Below are positions 19,552 through 29,764 of a DNA stretch of 64,000 nucleotides, in pieces. Each line of letters opens with the position of its first letter. Positions within the stretch are counted from its first letter, which is position 1. The DNA comes from a virus. Lineage: Duplodnaviria; Caudoviricetes. A program made the position numbers and the translations under genes. The DNA lies in the IMG/VR virus record IMGVR_UViG_3300034062_005355, one strand, 5' to 3'. The notes beneath the pieces are model-generated. The model was not told the origin of the DNA. It ran no database searches and worked only from the letters and a program-made list of their open reading frames with translations.

Positions 19552-20427
19552 ATGAATAATTCTACAACTGAATTTAAAAATGCGATTGATAAAGCATATA
19601 CTACTCAACCAAATGTTAAATTAAATACCACAACAATTGGTGATGCTTTAAAATATAAATCATCATTTACTGAAGAGTTTGATGATGATGGTAATAAGTA
19701 TGAAACTTTTTTAAATAAAAAGATGAATACCAAAAAAATTGATGAGGAAAAATTAAAAGGTGGTTTATCTGATAATAAAACTATTGAAGATATCGCAAAA
19801 AAACACGACAAAAAAGGTTATTATGATATCAAAAATATGGTTTCTTCTTTGAAAAAAGAATTAAGTATGGGTATTAAAGTTGAAATGGAACACACTAAAG
19901 ATAAAACCAAAGCAAAAGAAATCGCCATGGACCATCTTTGGGAAAACCCAACTTACTATTCTAAATTAAAAAAAATAGAAACAAAAGAAGCTACAGGATC
20001 AGGTTCATCAGGTGCGTATTCAGGACCTGTTTTTGGTGGAGATAATCAGTTTTGGGAAAGAAGTAGATCTGAAAACCCAAAATTAAAAGAAAGTGAAGTT
20101 GATAAAGTTGAAGCTAAAGAGGCAACAACATCTGGATCCGTTGGTGGTTATGAATCACCATCTATGTGGGCTAAATCAACAAGTAAAAAAGATTGGGGTC
20201 CAAGTAGAAAGACTCAAATACCTGGAGGAGGATTTGTAAAAATTAAGAAGAAATGTACCAAATTTCCATATTGTAATCAGGGTGATATTAATAACCTTAA
20301 AATTAGTAAAAACGAATCAGTTAAAGAAGCTATTGAAAACGTGGCTAAAAAACTTGGGGTTAGTAAAGACGTTATCATGACTATTTTAGAACATGAGTAT
20401 GAAAACGTAGGTAAAAGAATAAAATAA
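19552..20427 (+). CDS. putative head protein with DUF5661-like domain
   Basis: ELSMGIKVEMEHT...EIAMDHLWENPTYYSKL; repeated TKEAT/AKEAT segments; KKCTKFPYCNQG module. Confidence 0.65.
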   Translation: MNNSTTEFKNAIDKAYTTQPNVKLNTTTIGDALKYKSSFTEEFDDDGNKYETFLNKKMNTKKIDEEKLKGGLSDNKTIEDIAKKHDKKGYYDIKNMVSSLKKELSMGIKVEMEHTKDKTKAKEIAMDHLWENPTYYSKLKKIETKEATGSGSSGAYSGPVFGGDNQFWERSRSENPKLKESEVDKVEAKEATTSGSVGGYESPSMWAKSTSKKDWGPSRKTQIPGGGFVKIKKKCTKFPYCNQGDINNLKISKNESVKEAIENVAKKLGVSKDVIMTILEHEYENVGKRIK

Positions 20428-20452
20428 AGATATTTATAATAAAAAATACAAG

Positions 20453-22144
20453 ATGAAAAACTTTCAAGAAAATATTGATAAATTAGTCTCAAAGATTTTA
20501 AATGAAGAAATTGAGACTAAAGTTAAACATATCACAGAGACAAAAGGTCAATGGGAAGAAATTAAAATGGATGAGGAACTTAGTGGTAAACAGTCCAAAA
20601 TTGATGTTGCCGAACCTAAAGGTAAGATAACTGCCGCAGATTTTAAAAAACTAAGAGACGCTAAAGCACATAAAAAAGAAGTTGAAGAAATTTACACTGG
20701 TTATGATTCTGAAGAGGAAGAAGTTGAAAAATTATCTCAAAATGAACCAACATATGTTGGTAAAGGTTTAGCTGATAATAAAATTAAAAACAAAATTAGA
20801 AACAAAATGTTTGGTTCATTTGATGATGGACATGGTTGGTTTGACCAATCTGACAGAGAACATACAGGTGAATTTGATTTTGATTACGATGAAGAGGAGT
20901 TTGAAGACTTTCCATCATTAATGGATAAACACGGTAAAAATCAAAGATGGTTTGCACCAAATGATGGGGAAAAATTCTTTAATCAATATAAAGATAAGTT
21001 CGGTGGAAAACCGTTTAGAGTTAGAATTGCTAAAGGGTTGGAAGAAGAAGCTGAGACTGAAGAAGGTAATGCGTTTACAGGAGCTTTAGCTAAGGCTAAA
21101 AAATCTGGTGATGATAGTTTTGAAGTTGATGGTAAAGAATATAATGTTAATGAATCTGAAGACAAATGGATTCAAAAAACTAACATGAAAAAAGGTGCGT
21201 TACATAAAGCGTTAGGGATTCCTGAAAGTCAAAAAATATCTAAAACTAAATTAAACTCAATTAAGAAAGATTTAATGTCTAAAGCTAAAGGTGATAAAAA
21301 ATTATCTGATGCGGATTCTAAGTTGTTAAAACAAGTTAACATGGCATTAACATTAGGAAATATTAATGAGAGTAAAAATACTTTATCGTTAACAGAGAAT
21401 GAGTTAATTGATATGATTGAAAATATTGTTAAAGAACAAACAGTTAAAGACTCATCAGAAAAAAATAATTTTGGTGTTAATAAACCTCAAGGTTTAAAGA
21501 AAACTGAAAAAGCTCAAGGTGAAAGTCAAAAAGAAAATGACAAGTATGCTAAAGAAGTCGTTAAGAAAATGAAAGATTACATGAAAGACATGTATATGGG
21601 TGGAGGAAGTTATGATGAAAATCCTGACGATTTCCCTCAAAGTAATTACGACATGGAGAAAGAACATAATGAGATGAAGTACCACCCATCAGATGCGGTT
21701 GAGGAATACATTGAAGCTTTTTCTTATCCTGGTATGACAAATCTTGTTTATGATGAAATTAAACCAGACGATGAAATGATTTCAAGACAAATTAAAGGTG
21801 ATTCTAAAAACGGTAATGCTGTAAGTGGAAAAGATGGTAAAGCGTTAGGTAACGTTTCAAAAAGAAGTGAGAAGGTTGGAGAAAGATTTAAAAAGAACTT
21901 TGATGAAAATTTATATGGTGCAGAACAAATGAATGGTACTTATAAAAAAACAATCGCACCTGTTGATATTGCTGGGGGTAAAAAACAACCAGGTTCTTTA
22001 AAAAGTATTAAAGGAGGCTCAACAGGTAAAGCAAACAAAATCATGAGTCAATTGGAGTCTACAGAAGCTAAAGCAACTAAGATTATCAACGAAGATTTAC
22101 AGAAAATGAAAAATTTGATATCTTATAATAGAAAAACTCAATAA
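20453..22144 (+). CDS. large acidic putative internal head/scaffold-like protein
   Basis: 563 aa; many (I/L/V)xE sites (ILNE, ITE, VNE, INE, LTE); TATTTATA upstream. Confidence 0.65.
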   Translation: MKNFQENIDKLVSKILNEEIETKVKHITETKGQWEEIKMDEELSGKQSKIDVAEPKGKITAADFKKLRDAKAHKKEVEEIYTGYDSEEEEVEKLSQNEPTYVGKGLADNKIKNKIRNKMFGSFDDGHGWFDQSDREHTGEFDFDYDEEEFEDFPSLMDKHGKNQRWFAPNDGEKFFNQYKDKFGGKPFRVRIAKGLEEEAETEEGNAFTGALAKAKKSGDDSFEVDGKEYNVNESEDKWIQKTNMKKGALHKALGIPESQKISKTKLNSIKKDLMSKAKGDKKLSDADSKLLKQVNMALTLGNINESKNTLSLTENELIDMIENIVKEQTVKDSSEKNNFGVNKPQGLKKTEKAQGESQKENDKYAKEVVKKMKDYMKDMYMGGGSYDENPDDFPQSNYDMEKEHNEMKYHPSDAVEEYIEAFSYPGMTNLVYDEIKPDDEMISRQIKGDSKNGNAVSGKDGKALGNVSKRSEKVGERFKKNFDENLYGAEQMNGTYKKTIAPVDIAGGKKQPGSLKSIKGGSTGKANKIMSQLESTEAKATKIINEDLQKMKNLISYNRKTQ

Positions 22145-22196
22145 AAATTCACATTTAATAAAATTAGACTATAATTCTCCATAGAAACAACATTCT

Positions 22197-22655
22197 ATGG
22201 AGAATTTTTTTAATTGGATGACTAAGCCAATGCCTCAAGAAGAAGTTATAATATGGTTCAATATTCATAATATGAATTATGAAAAAATTGAATTGTATGG
22301 TGATATCTCTAAGTCATTAACCAAAATTATTATGGATACGTATCTCGGAGAAAACATATCTGAGACCAAAATAACGCTATCTGATGAAGATAATGCGTCT
22401 CATTTTGAATGGTGTTGGAAAAAAATGATTAATGACTTTAAAAAAGAAAATATTATTATTAAATTAAATGGTGATCACAAAGAATATTTCCAATCTTTTT
22501 TTATGGACACATTCTATAATCAATCTAAAACTAGTATAAAACATTCAATCGATAAATTTTTAAATGAAATATTTGACACTGAGGTAACATTTTCTAAATC
22601 AGATTTAGATTTATTAACAGAATTATATAAATTAATGGAAAAAAATATGGAATAA
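22197..22655 (+). CDS. hypothetical protein
   Basis: 152-aa ORF. Confidence 0.75.
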   Translation: MENFFNWMTKPMPQEEVIIWFNIHNMNYEKIELYGDISKSLTKIIMDTYLGENISETKITLSDEDNASHFEWCWKKMINDFKKENIIIKLNGDHKEYFQSFFMDTFYNQSKTSIKHSIDKFLNEIFDTEVTFSKSDLDLLTELYKLMEKNME

Positions 22656-22733
22656 ATCGTTGATTCTATTTACACCAGAAGGAAAAAACTTACTTTTTAA
22701 TTATTAAAATAAACAATTACAATTTTTAAAGAA

Positions 22734-22916
22734 ATGGAAACATTAGAACAAATTAAAGTGTTGACTGAATTACTTTCAGTAGATACTACAAAGTTTTTTG
22801 GCGGTAACAAAAGCGCAGGAACAAGAGCTAGAAAATCTGCTCAAGAGTTGAAGGCATTACTTCAACAATTAAGAGGTGAAATTTTAGAACACAACAAGAC
22901 AGAAAAAAATGCATAA
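22734..22916 (+). CDS. histone H1-like protein (Hc1 family, Bacteroidota type)
   Basis: GNKSAGTRARKSAQELKALL motif. Confidence 0.8.
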   Translation: METLEQIKVLTELLSVDTTKFFGGNKSAGTRARKSAQELKALLQQLRGEILEHNKTEKNA

Positions 22917-23097
22917 TATTGATACAATATATCTTTTTATATTTGTTTTCACAATATTGGTGTCATTAAAAAATGTCACAAATTTTTTAGGTGCCCTGTT
23001 ACAAAAAGAACCAAAACCATTGGTCTATAGTAACAGGGAACTTATCCTCTTAGGAGTATCAATTAGTTATATTATAACATATCTATTACAAAAATGA
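22909..23097 (+). CDS. small two-TM membrane protein
   Basis: Two hydrophobic segments; overlaps neighbours. Confidence 0.65.
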   Translation: MHNIDTIYLFIFVFTILVSLKNVTNFLGALLQKEPKPLVYSNRELILLGVSISYIITYLLQK

Positions 23098-23555
23098 GTT
23101 TTTATAAAGAAATATTACCATTCGTTGAATATATCCATTCAATTAGAAAGTTGGAGACATATCTAAGTTTTGATATGAAGTTCCCAACTAAATGGTCTAT
23201 ACCTAAGAGTATAGTAGATGAAGGACAGGTTATTGGGTTTGAGGTTGATGATCAAAACTCAAAAGGAATAACATTTATTTGTCCAATTGCCGAAAAAGAT
23301 ATGTCAATCACTTTAGTTAAGATTGGTAAGGTAATTAAATTAAATAAAGAAAGAGAGTTAAAAGAAAGATTGTTTAAGCAAACAGTAGAACAACTAAAAC
23401 AAACTTTTGAAAAAACTGATTTAGATAAATTACAGAATCTATACTTTGATTTTGATGAGGGAGACCTTGATACAGAGTTAGATACAGAATTAGAGAATGA
23501 ATTAGACAATGAGCAAGACAGACAGGAGTCAACAATTACTGAATTGGTTCAATAG
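23094..23555 (+). CDS. hypothetical protein
   Basis: 153 aa; ATGA overlap. Confidence 0.75.
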   Translation: MSFYKEILPFVEYIHSIRKLETYLSFDMKFPTKWSIPKSIVDEGQVIGFEVDDQNSKGITFICPIAEKDMSITLVKIGKVIKLNKERELKERLFKQTVEQLKQTFEKTDLDKLQNLYFDFDEGDLDTELDTELENELDNEQDRQESTITELVQ

Positions 23556-23703
23556 TGAAACACTAAAAGACAAAAGAGAGTTGGATAGACAAAAAGAAAA
23601 AATTGTTAGAGAAATAAAGGGGTTAAAAAAAGACGAGCTTTTTCCTAAGCCCGTTAAATTAAGTTTATGGAAGAGAATAAAAATAATACTTTTGGGGAAA
23701 TAG
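23509..23703 (+). CDS. hypothetical protein
   Basis: 64 aa, in operon. Confidence 0.6.
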   Translation: MSKTDRSQQLLNWFNSETLKDKRELDRQKEKIVREIKGLKKDELFPKPVKLSLWKRIKIILLGK

Positions 23704-23900
23704 AAAAATTGGCGTTGATTGCAGAATCAGTCCAAACCCTTTTTAGTGGTAAAGGTACCATTATCTTTGAATTACCTAAAGGTGAGTACACCAATGTCAT
23801 TAATCACTTTAGAGAGGTTGATAGATACCACAAACAGTTTTCTATTGATATATCAGGAACCGAGTTCCATTTTATTTTGGACGAACAGGATAAGTCGTAA
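23667..23900 (+). CDS. hypothetical protein
   Basis: 77 aa, in operon. Confidence 0.6.
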   Translation: MEENKNNTFGEIEKLALIAESVQTLFSGKGTIIFELPKGEYTNVINHFREVDRYHKQFSIDISGTEFHFILDEQDKS

Positions 23901-24519
23901 ACTTACGATATAAAACTTTTTTATCAAATCCGTTAGATTCTAACAAACTATACAAATATTTTCGTTGAGGGGAGGAACAATCTTTAATAAAAAGACAGTC
24001 TCCCCTTTTTCTTTTAAAGAAATATGAAGATAAAGACTCAACAAATCTAGTACACTCTGATTCATTTTTTAGTGAAAATAAATCAATTTCTTCGTCTTTT
24101 TGTAGGATAACTTTGTTGTTAAGTACTGATACCATTTTTAACCCATCACCTTTTAAGTGTTTTTTAATAAATTCCTGGGCGGTAATCTTTATCTTATTTC
24201 TAACATCATAAATTAAATCTTCTTCTTTGTAATGGTTTATTGATAATATAGACATACCTCCATCTTCTAACTTAACCTTAACACTTCTACCAAACTCATC
24301 GGTCATATATACAGGTGCAGATTGATTTACGGACATTTCAATTAATCCTAATTCAAATCTACACTCTTTACCATTCTCAACTAAAACCTCAAAAATTACA
24401 TCATTAGACTCTTTAATTAACTGTTTAAAATAATTTTTAGCACGAGATAAAGTTATAAACTTCTTTATAATTTTTTTTCTTGTTTTATTCTTAAATAAGA
24501 CTACCAAATAGTTTGCCAT
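23872..24519 (-). CDS. hypothetical protein
   Basis: 215 aa, typical composition; head-to-head with dnaJ. Confidence 0.75.
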   Translation of the reverse strand: MANYLVVLFKNKTRKKIIKKFITLSRAKNYFKQLIKESNDVIFEVLVENGKECRFELGLIEMSVNQSAPVYMTDEFGRSVKVKLEDGGMSILSINHYKEEDLIYDVRNKIKITAQEFIKKHLKGDGLKMVSVLNNKVILQKDEEIDLFSLKNESECTRFVESLSSYFFKRKRGDCLFIKDCSSPQRKYLYSLLESNGFDKKVLYRKFTTYPVRPK

Positions 24520-24521
24520 AT

Positions 24522-25463
24522 ATGAATAATTATTACGAAATATTAGGAGTAAGTAAAGACGCTACTCAAGATGACATCAAAAAAGCGTACAGAAAACTCG
24601 CAATACAATACCATCCAGATAAAAACCCTGATGGCGCTGATAAATTTAAAGAAATTGCTCAAGCGTATGATATCGTTGGTGATGAGAATAAAAGAAAGGA
24701 TTATGATAATCGTTTGAGTAATCCTTTTGCTGGTGGCGGTAATCAGATGTCATATGAAGATTTTATTAATCAAATGTTTGGTAATCAACAAAACAACCCA
24801 TTTAACAATACCCAAAGACGAAAGTCAGCTCCTGATAAAATAATTAAAGTTCAAGTTAGTCCAATAGAGTCTTACCGAGGTTCTGATAAAACTATTAATT
24901 ATATTAAGGATGATAAATGTGACATATGTAATGGGAGTGGAGGAGACCAACAAGTGTGTAATACTTGCAGAGGTGCTGGATTCCAAGTTAAAGCTTTTGG
25001 AACTGGTTTTATGACTCAACAAATTAGAACTGCGTGTGGTTCTTGTGGGGGTAGAGGATATACTTTAGTACACAGATGTTATAATTGTGGTGGTAATGGA
25101 GTTAAATCCAATGCTCGGGAAATAAATGTTAAATTACCTGTTGGTGTTGATAATGGTCAATATTTAAAGTTGGCGGATTTAGGTGACTTTAAAAATGGTG
25201 AATATGGTGATTTGGTTATTCAAATAGAAGTGGTAACTAAAGATGGATTTGAAAAAATAAATAATGACTTGGTTTACAATTTATTTTTAAATTTAGAGGA
25301 AGTTAAACAAGATACATTTACAATACCACATCCTGATGGAAATTTAATTATGAACGCGTTAAAAACATTCGACACCTCAAAACCTTTAAGATTGAGAAAT
25401 AAAGGATATTCAGGTGGAGATATGTTTGTAAAACTAAATGTTAAGTTTGATAGGACTATTTAA
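24522..25463 (+). CDS. dnaJ: DnaJ chaperone
   Basis: YYEILGV...YHPDKN J domain; four CxxCxGxG zinc motifs; C-terminal domain; ATG at 24522. Confidence 0.95.
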   Translation: MNNYYEILGVSKDATQDDIKKAYRKLAIQYHPDKNPDGADKFKEIAQAYDIVGDENKRKDYDNRLSNPFAGGGNQMSYEDFINQMFGNQQNNPFNNTQRRKSAPDKIIKVQVSPIESYRGSDKTINYIKDDKCDICNGSGGDQQVCNTCRGAGFQVKAFGTGFMTQQIRTACGSCGGRGYTLVHRCYNCGGNGVKSNAREINVKLPVGVDNGQYLKLADLGDFKNGEYGDLVIQIEVVTKDGFEKINNDLVYNLFLNLEEVKQDTFTIPHPDGNLIMNALKTFDTSKPLRLRNKGYSGGDMFVKLNVKFDRTI

Positions 25464-25617
25464 ACCAAGAAACAATATGTTTAAATAATTCAATTGTTCC
25501 GTAAATTGATATGAATAAAATATAAAAACCTAAAAGTATAGTTCCAATTTGGAATGTTCCTGGTCCTTTTTGTTTACATGTTTTACATTCGGATTTTTGT
25601 TGTTCGTAGTTTTCCAT
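25456..25617 (-). CDS. small CxxC + TM protein (53 aa; not in ORF track)
   Basis: Hand-translated [53 protein letters not shown]. Confidence 0.6.
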   Translation of the reverse strand: MENYEQQKSECKTCKQKGPGTFQIGTILLGFYILFISIYGTIELFKHIVSWFK

Positions 25618-25630
25618 TATATTTATAATT

Positions 25631-25807
25631 ATGTTACTTGAGCAGATTATTAAAAGAGTTCTATATCAATATCTTGATGAAAAAGAACAACACAAATATA
25701 AGAAACCTCGCAAATATAGTCAATCATATTGTGAGAAGACTCCATGTCGTAAAATGGGATTCACTCAAAAGGCGTCCTGCCGTCCATACAAAAATTGTTA
25801 TAAATAA
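25631..25807 (+). CDS. small basic Cys-rich protein (58 aa; not in ORF track)
   Basis: MLLEQIIK...KPRKYSQSYCEKTPCRKMGFTQKASCRPYKNCYK*; TATTTATA 3 nt before ATG. Confidence 0.7.
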   Translation: MLLEQIIKRVLYQYLDEKEQHKYKKPRKYSQSYCEKTPCRKMGFTQKASCRPYKNCYK

Positions 25808-25853
25808 TTTGCTTTTTGAAGTTTTTTTCGTATACTTGTAGAAAAGTAATTAT

Positions 25854-26693
25854 ATGATCTCATACATCGGTGGAAAATCAAAAATAGGAAAATGGATAGT
25901 TCCGTTCTATCCTGAAGATATGGAAACATATCTTGAAACTTTCGGAGGAATGTTTTGGTGTTTCTTTAACATGGACTTATCAAAGTACCCTAATCTTAAG
26001 AAGGTCGTTTATAACGACTTCAATCCACTGAATTATAATTTATTTCAGTGTATTAAAAATCCGACACTATTGTTGGAGGCGATTAATTCTATTCCTTGTC
26101 AACAATTTGGGGAAGAAATTACGCCGACTATCTATAAAGAACAATTCAATAACTTTCAATCAGAGTTGTTTGAGAGTGGATTTACAATTAACTACCCTGA
26201 CTATGTGGTGGCATCAAAGTATGTTTATATTTTAACATCTGTGTTTAGCGGTAGTAAACCTGAGACAAGTTCATTCATTGACTTGAAAGGTAAGTATAAA
26301 TCAAAATATCTTACATTCAGGGATAAGTTATTAAAACCTGAATGGGTTGAACATTTCTTAAGGATAACAGATGTTGAGAATATGGATTTTGCTGACGTTA
26401 TTAAAAAGTATGATTCACCAACCACATACATTTATTTAGACCCACCCTATTATCGAACTGAAAATTATTATTCTAATCATGATTTTGGAAGAAAAGACCA
26501 TGAGAGATTAGCAGATTGTTTAAAAAACATACAAGGTAAGTTCAGTTTATCTTATTATGATTTTGATTTATTACATGAATGGTTTCCTGAGGACAAATAT
26601 AGATGGGAGAAAAAAGAGTTTGCTAAAGCAGCCGCAGCAAAGAAAGGTACAAAACAAAATATGGGAGAAGAGTTGTTAATATTAAATTATTAA
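25854..26693 (+). CDS. dam: DNA adenine methyltransferase (Dam/D12 class)
   Basis: YIGGKSK, ETFGG, YNDFN, YLDPPY. Confidence 0.9.
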   Translation: MISYIGGKSKIGKWIVPFYPEDMETYLETFGGMFWCFFNMDLSKYPNLKKVVYNDFNPLNYNLFQCIKNPTLLLEAINSIPCQQFGEEITPTIYKEQFNNFQSELFESGFTINYPDYVVASKYVYILTSVFSGSKPETSSFIDLKGKYKSKYLTFRDKLLKPEWVEHFLRITDVENMDFADVIKKYDSPTTYIYLDPPYYRTENYYSNHDFGRKDHERLADCLKNIQGKFSLSYYDFDLLHEWFPEDKYRWEKKEFAKAAAAKKGTKQNMGEELLILNY

Positions 26694-26739
26694 GTTACTT
26701 TTGTGTCTTCAATATATTTATAGTATAAAAATACCGCAG

Positions 26740-28056
26740 ATGAAATTTACGTCGTTATTAAAAACAGTTATTCTTGAACAATCAAGATTCGAATTATTAT
26801 TTGATGCGTTAACTAAACCGTCAAAAGATAAAGAAGGAAATAAGGTTAAGCCAAAGTTAAATAAAGATGAGTTTATCTTATTAGTTAATGCTGACCCTAC
26901 TACTAGAACTAATAATGTTAACATGTTAACTGCGGATTCTAAAGAACTTGCTAAAGTTAAGGCTGGTAAGTATGTTCAATGGTTAATTAAGAATTATTTA
27001 TTACCAAAAACTGAAAGACAACCTGGCGATAATGGTTATGAAAAAGAAGTAAAACAAGTTAAAGAAACTTTCATGGAGGACTTATATAAGGTTACTGATG
27101 ACCTTACAAAGTTTGAAAGATTCAAGAACAGATTACCTCAAGATATGAGGGACATTAATAAACTAACTCCATCATTATTATATGATGCGGTTAAAGACTT
27201 TGATTTAACTTTAGCGACAACAACTAAATCTGAAAGAAAATCGGCACCTGTTCATCCTGGTTCTAAATTATTATTTGACGGTCCAACATGGAGAGTTATT
27301 GAGATTAAAGATAAGGGAGCGGTTGGTAAAGAGGCAGCTTGTTTCTATGGTGGTAATCAAAAAGAAACTAGATGGTGTACATCAGCACCAGGCCTATCAT
27401 ATTTTGAGAGATACATTAAAGACGGACCTTTGTATGTAATATATAAATCAGGTGATACAGACGTTACCTCTGATACAGGTTTACCAAAAGAAAGATACCA
27501 ATTCCATTTCCCAAGTAATCAATTCATGGATAAGGATGACCGTCAAATTGATTTGGTTAACTATTTAAACGGACCAATGTCTGAGTTAAAAGATTTCTTT
27601 AAACCTGAGTTTGCACAAGGATTAACCGTTGGTGGTGAAAAACTAGTTATTGATAGTTTTAGTCACGGGGCTGTTGGTAAATTTATCGGACTTTACGGTT
27701 TAGATGATTTAATTGATAATCTACCATCAACGTTGAAAGAGTTCCAAATTCAAAACAGAGATAAGAATGATGTTATAATTACCATCCCTGAATCTATTGG
27801 TAGATTTAAAGATTTGAATATGGTTTTGTTTGACAATTGTGTTGAGAGTATTCCTGATTCAATCTGTAATTTACCTAAATTAAGATTTTTAGCGTTAATT
27901 AACAACAAAAAACTTACTGAAATACCTGAGTGTGTTTCTGAATTACCAAACCTATTTTTCTTAAACCTTAAAGGAAGTCCAAATGTTAGAGTACCTGAAA
28001 GTGTACAAGCAAGAGGAACTGACATGGGTGGTGGAATGTGGGACCTACAAGACTAA
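26740..28056 (+). CDS. putative virion protein: PcfJ-like (WCT) domain + C-terminal leucine-rich repeats
   Basis: MKFTSLLKTVILE leader; ACFYGG...TRWCTS; LRRs IPESIGRFKDLNMVLF, IPDSICNLPKLRFL, IPECVSELPNLFFL. Confidence 0.7.
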   Translation: MKFTSLLKTVILEQSRFELLFDALTKPSKDKEGNKVKPKLNKDEFILLVNADPTTRTNNVNMLTADSKELAKVKAGKYVQWLIKNYLLPKTERQPGDNGYEKEVKQVKETFMEDLYKVTDDLTKFERFKNRLPQDMRDINKLTPSLLYDAVKDFDLTLATTTKSERKSAPVHPGSKLLFDGPTWRVIEIKDKGAVGKEAACFYGGNQKETRWCTSAPGLSYFERYIKDGPLYVIYKSGDTDVTSDTGLPKERYQFHFPSNQFMDKDDRQIDLVNYLNGPMSELKDFFKPEFAQGLTVGGEKLVIDSFSHGAVGKFIGLYGLDDLIDNLPSTLKEFQIQNRDKNDVIITIPESIGRFKDLNMVLFDNCVESIPDSICNLPKLRFLALINNKKLTEIPECVSELPNLFFLNLKGSPNVRVPESVQARGTDMGGGMWDLQD

Positions 28057-28077
28057 TAACCTTTTAAATCTAACAAA

Positions 28078-28371
28078 ATGAATGTTGATGTTGAAATATA
28101 CATAAATAATATTGTCAAATTTTTTAAGTCAAACCCTAAAGACCTTTTAAATCTCGTTCCAAAAGAAAGAGAAGAAGATTTTTATGGTAAGATAAGAGAA
28201 GTTGCAATTGAAAACTCAGACAAGGGAAAGGATGCTCCATTAACTCAAAAACAAATGATTGACATATGTGTCGTGCTTAACGGTAAAACACCAAAAGAAG
28301 ATAAAGTTGTTGAGGAAAAACTTGAGAGTTATATTATGGGGACAAAATTTGGACCTATGTTTTTAAACTAA
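28078..28371 (+). CDS. hypothetical protein
   Basis: 97-aa ORF. Confidence 0.7.
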   Translation: MNVDVEIYINNIVKFFKSNPKDLLNLVPKEREEDFYGKIREVAIENSDKGKDAPLTQKQMIDICVVLNGKTPKEDKVVEEKLESYIMGTKFGPMFLN

Positions 28372-28383
28372 TAAAAAAAAAAT

Positions 28384-28770
28384 ATGATATCATTAATTTT
28401 AGTAATTTTAGCGGGAATTTTAAATGCCGCAATGGATATTATTGTATCAGCGATACGATATAATAAAAGTGTGTTTATGATGTTACCCAAGAAATGGGAG
28501 ACATTTTTTGACTCAACAGTTTCTTGGAAGAATAAATGGAAAAATGGGGATCCAAATCAAGGTGAAAAGTTTTTTGGATCAAGTACTTTTTTAGTGTGGA
28601 CAACAGACGCTTGGCATTTGGCTAAGACAACAATGTTGTTTCTACTTTCAATGGCAATTACATTTTATACTCCTTTAGTGAATAAGAATATTGATATTTT
28701 TATTTATTGGATAGTATTTGGTTTTACATTTGAAATGTTTTTTAGTAAATTTTTTATGAAAAAAAAATAA
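28384..28770 (+). CDS. membrane protein
   Basis: Three hydrophobic segments; SWKNKWKNGD...TDAWHLAK. Confidence 0.7.
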   Translation: MISLILVILAGILNAAMDIIVSAIRYNKSVFMMLPKKWETFFDSTVSWKNKWKNGDPNQGEKFFGSSTFLVWTTDAWHLAKTTMLFLLSMAITFYTPLVNKNIDIFIYWIVFGFTFEMFFSKFFMKKK

Positions 28771-28809
28771 GGTATAATATCATATACTTTATTAAAACAA
28801 TTTTTAATT

Positions 28810-29139
28810 ATGGAAACACCATATATAATAAAAGATTATGAACAAAGAGAAGGTTTTTTGGCTAGAAATCAAATCTTAATACCTAAAAAAGGATTTGACG
28901 AATATCTTAAAGATAAAAAAATGAGTCTTGTTTATAGTGAATCAACCTCTGATTTCGAAACTGGTAAAATATCATTTGAGTCTAAAATTTATAAAACACA
29001 ACAATCGTTTTATTTAAACTTATTGTTTGATGACGATGGTAGTACTAATATGACAATATATTATAAACAACAACAGTTAAGTGAATTAACTATATTTGTA
29101 ACACAACTATTAAAACAATTTAAAAATTATTCAAAATAA
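28810..29139 (+). CDS. hypothetical protein
   Basis: 109-aa ORF. Confidence 0.7.
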   Translation: METPYIIKDYEQREGFLARNQILIPKKGFDEYLKDKKMSLVYSESTSDFETGKISFESKIYKTQQSFYLNLLFDDDGSTNMTIYYKQQQLSELTIFVTQLLKQFKNYSK

Positions 29140-29144
29140 AAAAT

Positions 29145-29468
29145 ATGGAAATTACATCAAAAGAATTAAAAGAAAAAATTAAAAATGGTAATAAAGTTAT
29201 TATTGATTTCTATGGTACATTTTGCGGACCTTGTAAGGTGATGAAACCTATGTTTGAAGAAGTAAGTCAAATGACTATAGAAAATAGGTTACCTGTAGAG
29301 TTATTTACGTTTAACATAGAGAATGACAGAGAGTTTATTACCGAATTAGGGTTAAGAAGTGTCCCAACAATTAAAGGATTTTCAAATGGAAAAGAGGTTT
29401 TTTCAGAGATTGGACTTAAACAAACAAACGCCATTTTAGAAATGGTTAATAATTTAAACAAAATATGA
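29145..29468 (+). CDS. trxA: thioredoxin
   Basis: IDFYGTFCGPCK; SVPT cis-Pro motif. Confidence 0.9.
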   Translation: MEITSKELKEKIKNGNKVIIDFYGTFCGPCKVMKPMFEEVSQMTIENRLPVELFTFNIENDREFITELGLRSVPTIKGFSNGKEVFSEIGLKQTNAILEMVNNLNKI

Positions 29469-29764
29469 AAGATTTAAGTGTTGTAGTTTACACAATGAAA
29501 GGGTGTCCTTTTTGTACAGACTTTAAAGAAATGTTAGTCAAAGAAAACATTGAGTTCTTTGATAGAGATATTGATGAATATAAAGAAGAATATGATTTAT
29601 TTGTTGAAATAACCAATAATGATATGATTCCTTCGTTATTAATTATTGAAGGTGATGAAAATTCTCACGAATCATTTTTATATGCACCTGAAAGAAACTA
29701 CAATGAGTTAACTGAGGCTCTTGATATTATCAAAGGTCACAGAAAGAATGTTGGTATAATTTAA
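29465..29764 (+). CDS. glutaredoxin-like protein
   Basis: VYTMKGCPFC; MIPSL. Confidence 0.85.
   Translation: MKDLSVVVYTMKGCPFCTDFKEMLVKENIEFFDRDIDEYKEEYDLFVEITNNDMIPSLLIIEGDENSHESFLYAPERNYNELTEALDIIKGHRKNVGII

Noticed and set aside
25638-25841. ORF-track CDS 25638..25841
   Set aside because: The alternative frame 25631..25807 has the upstream motif and a coherent Cys-rich sequence.
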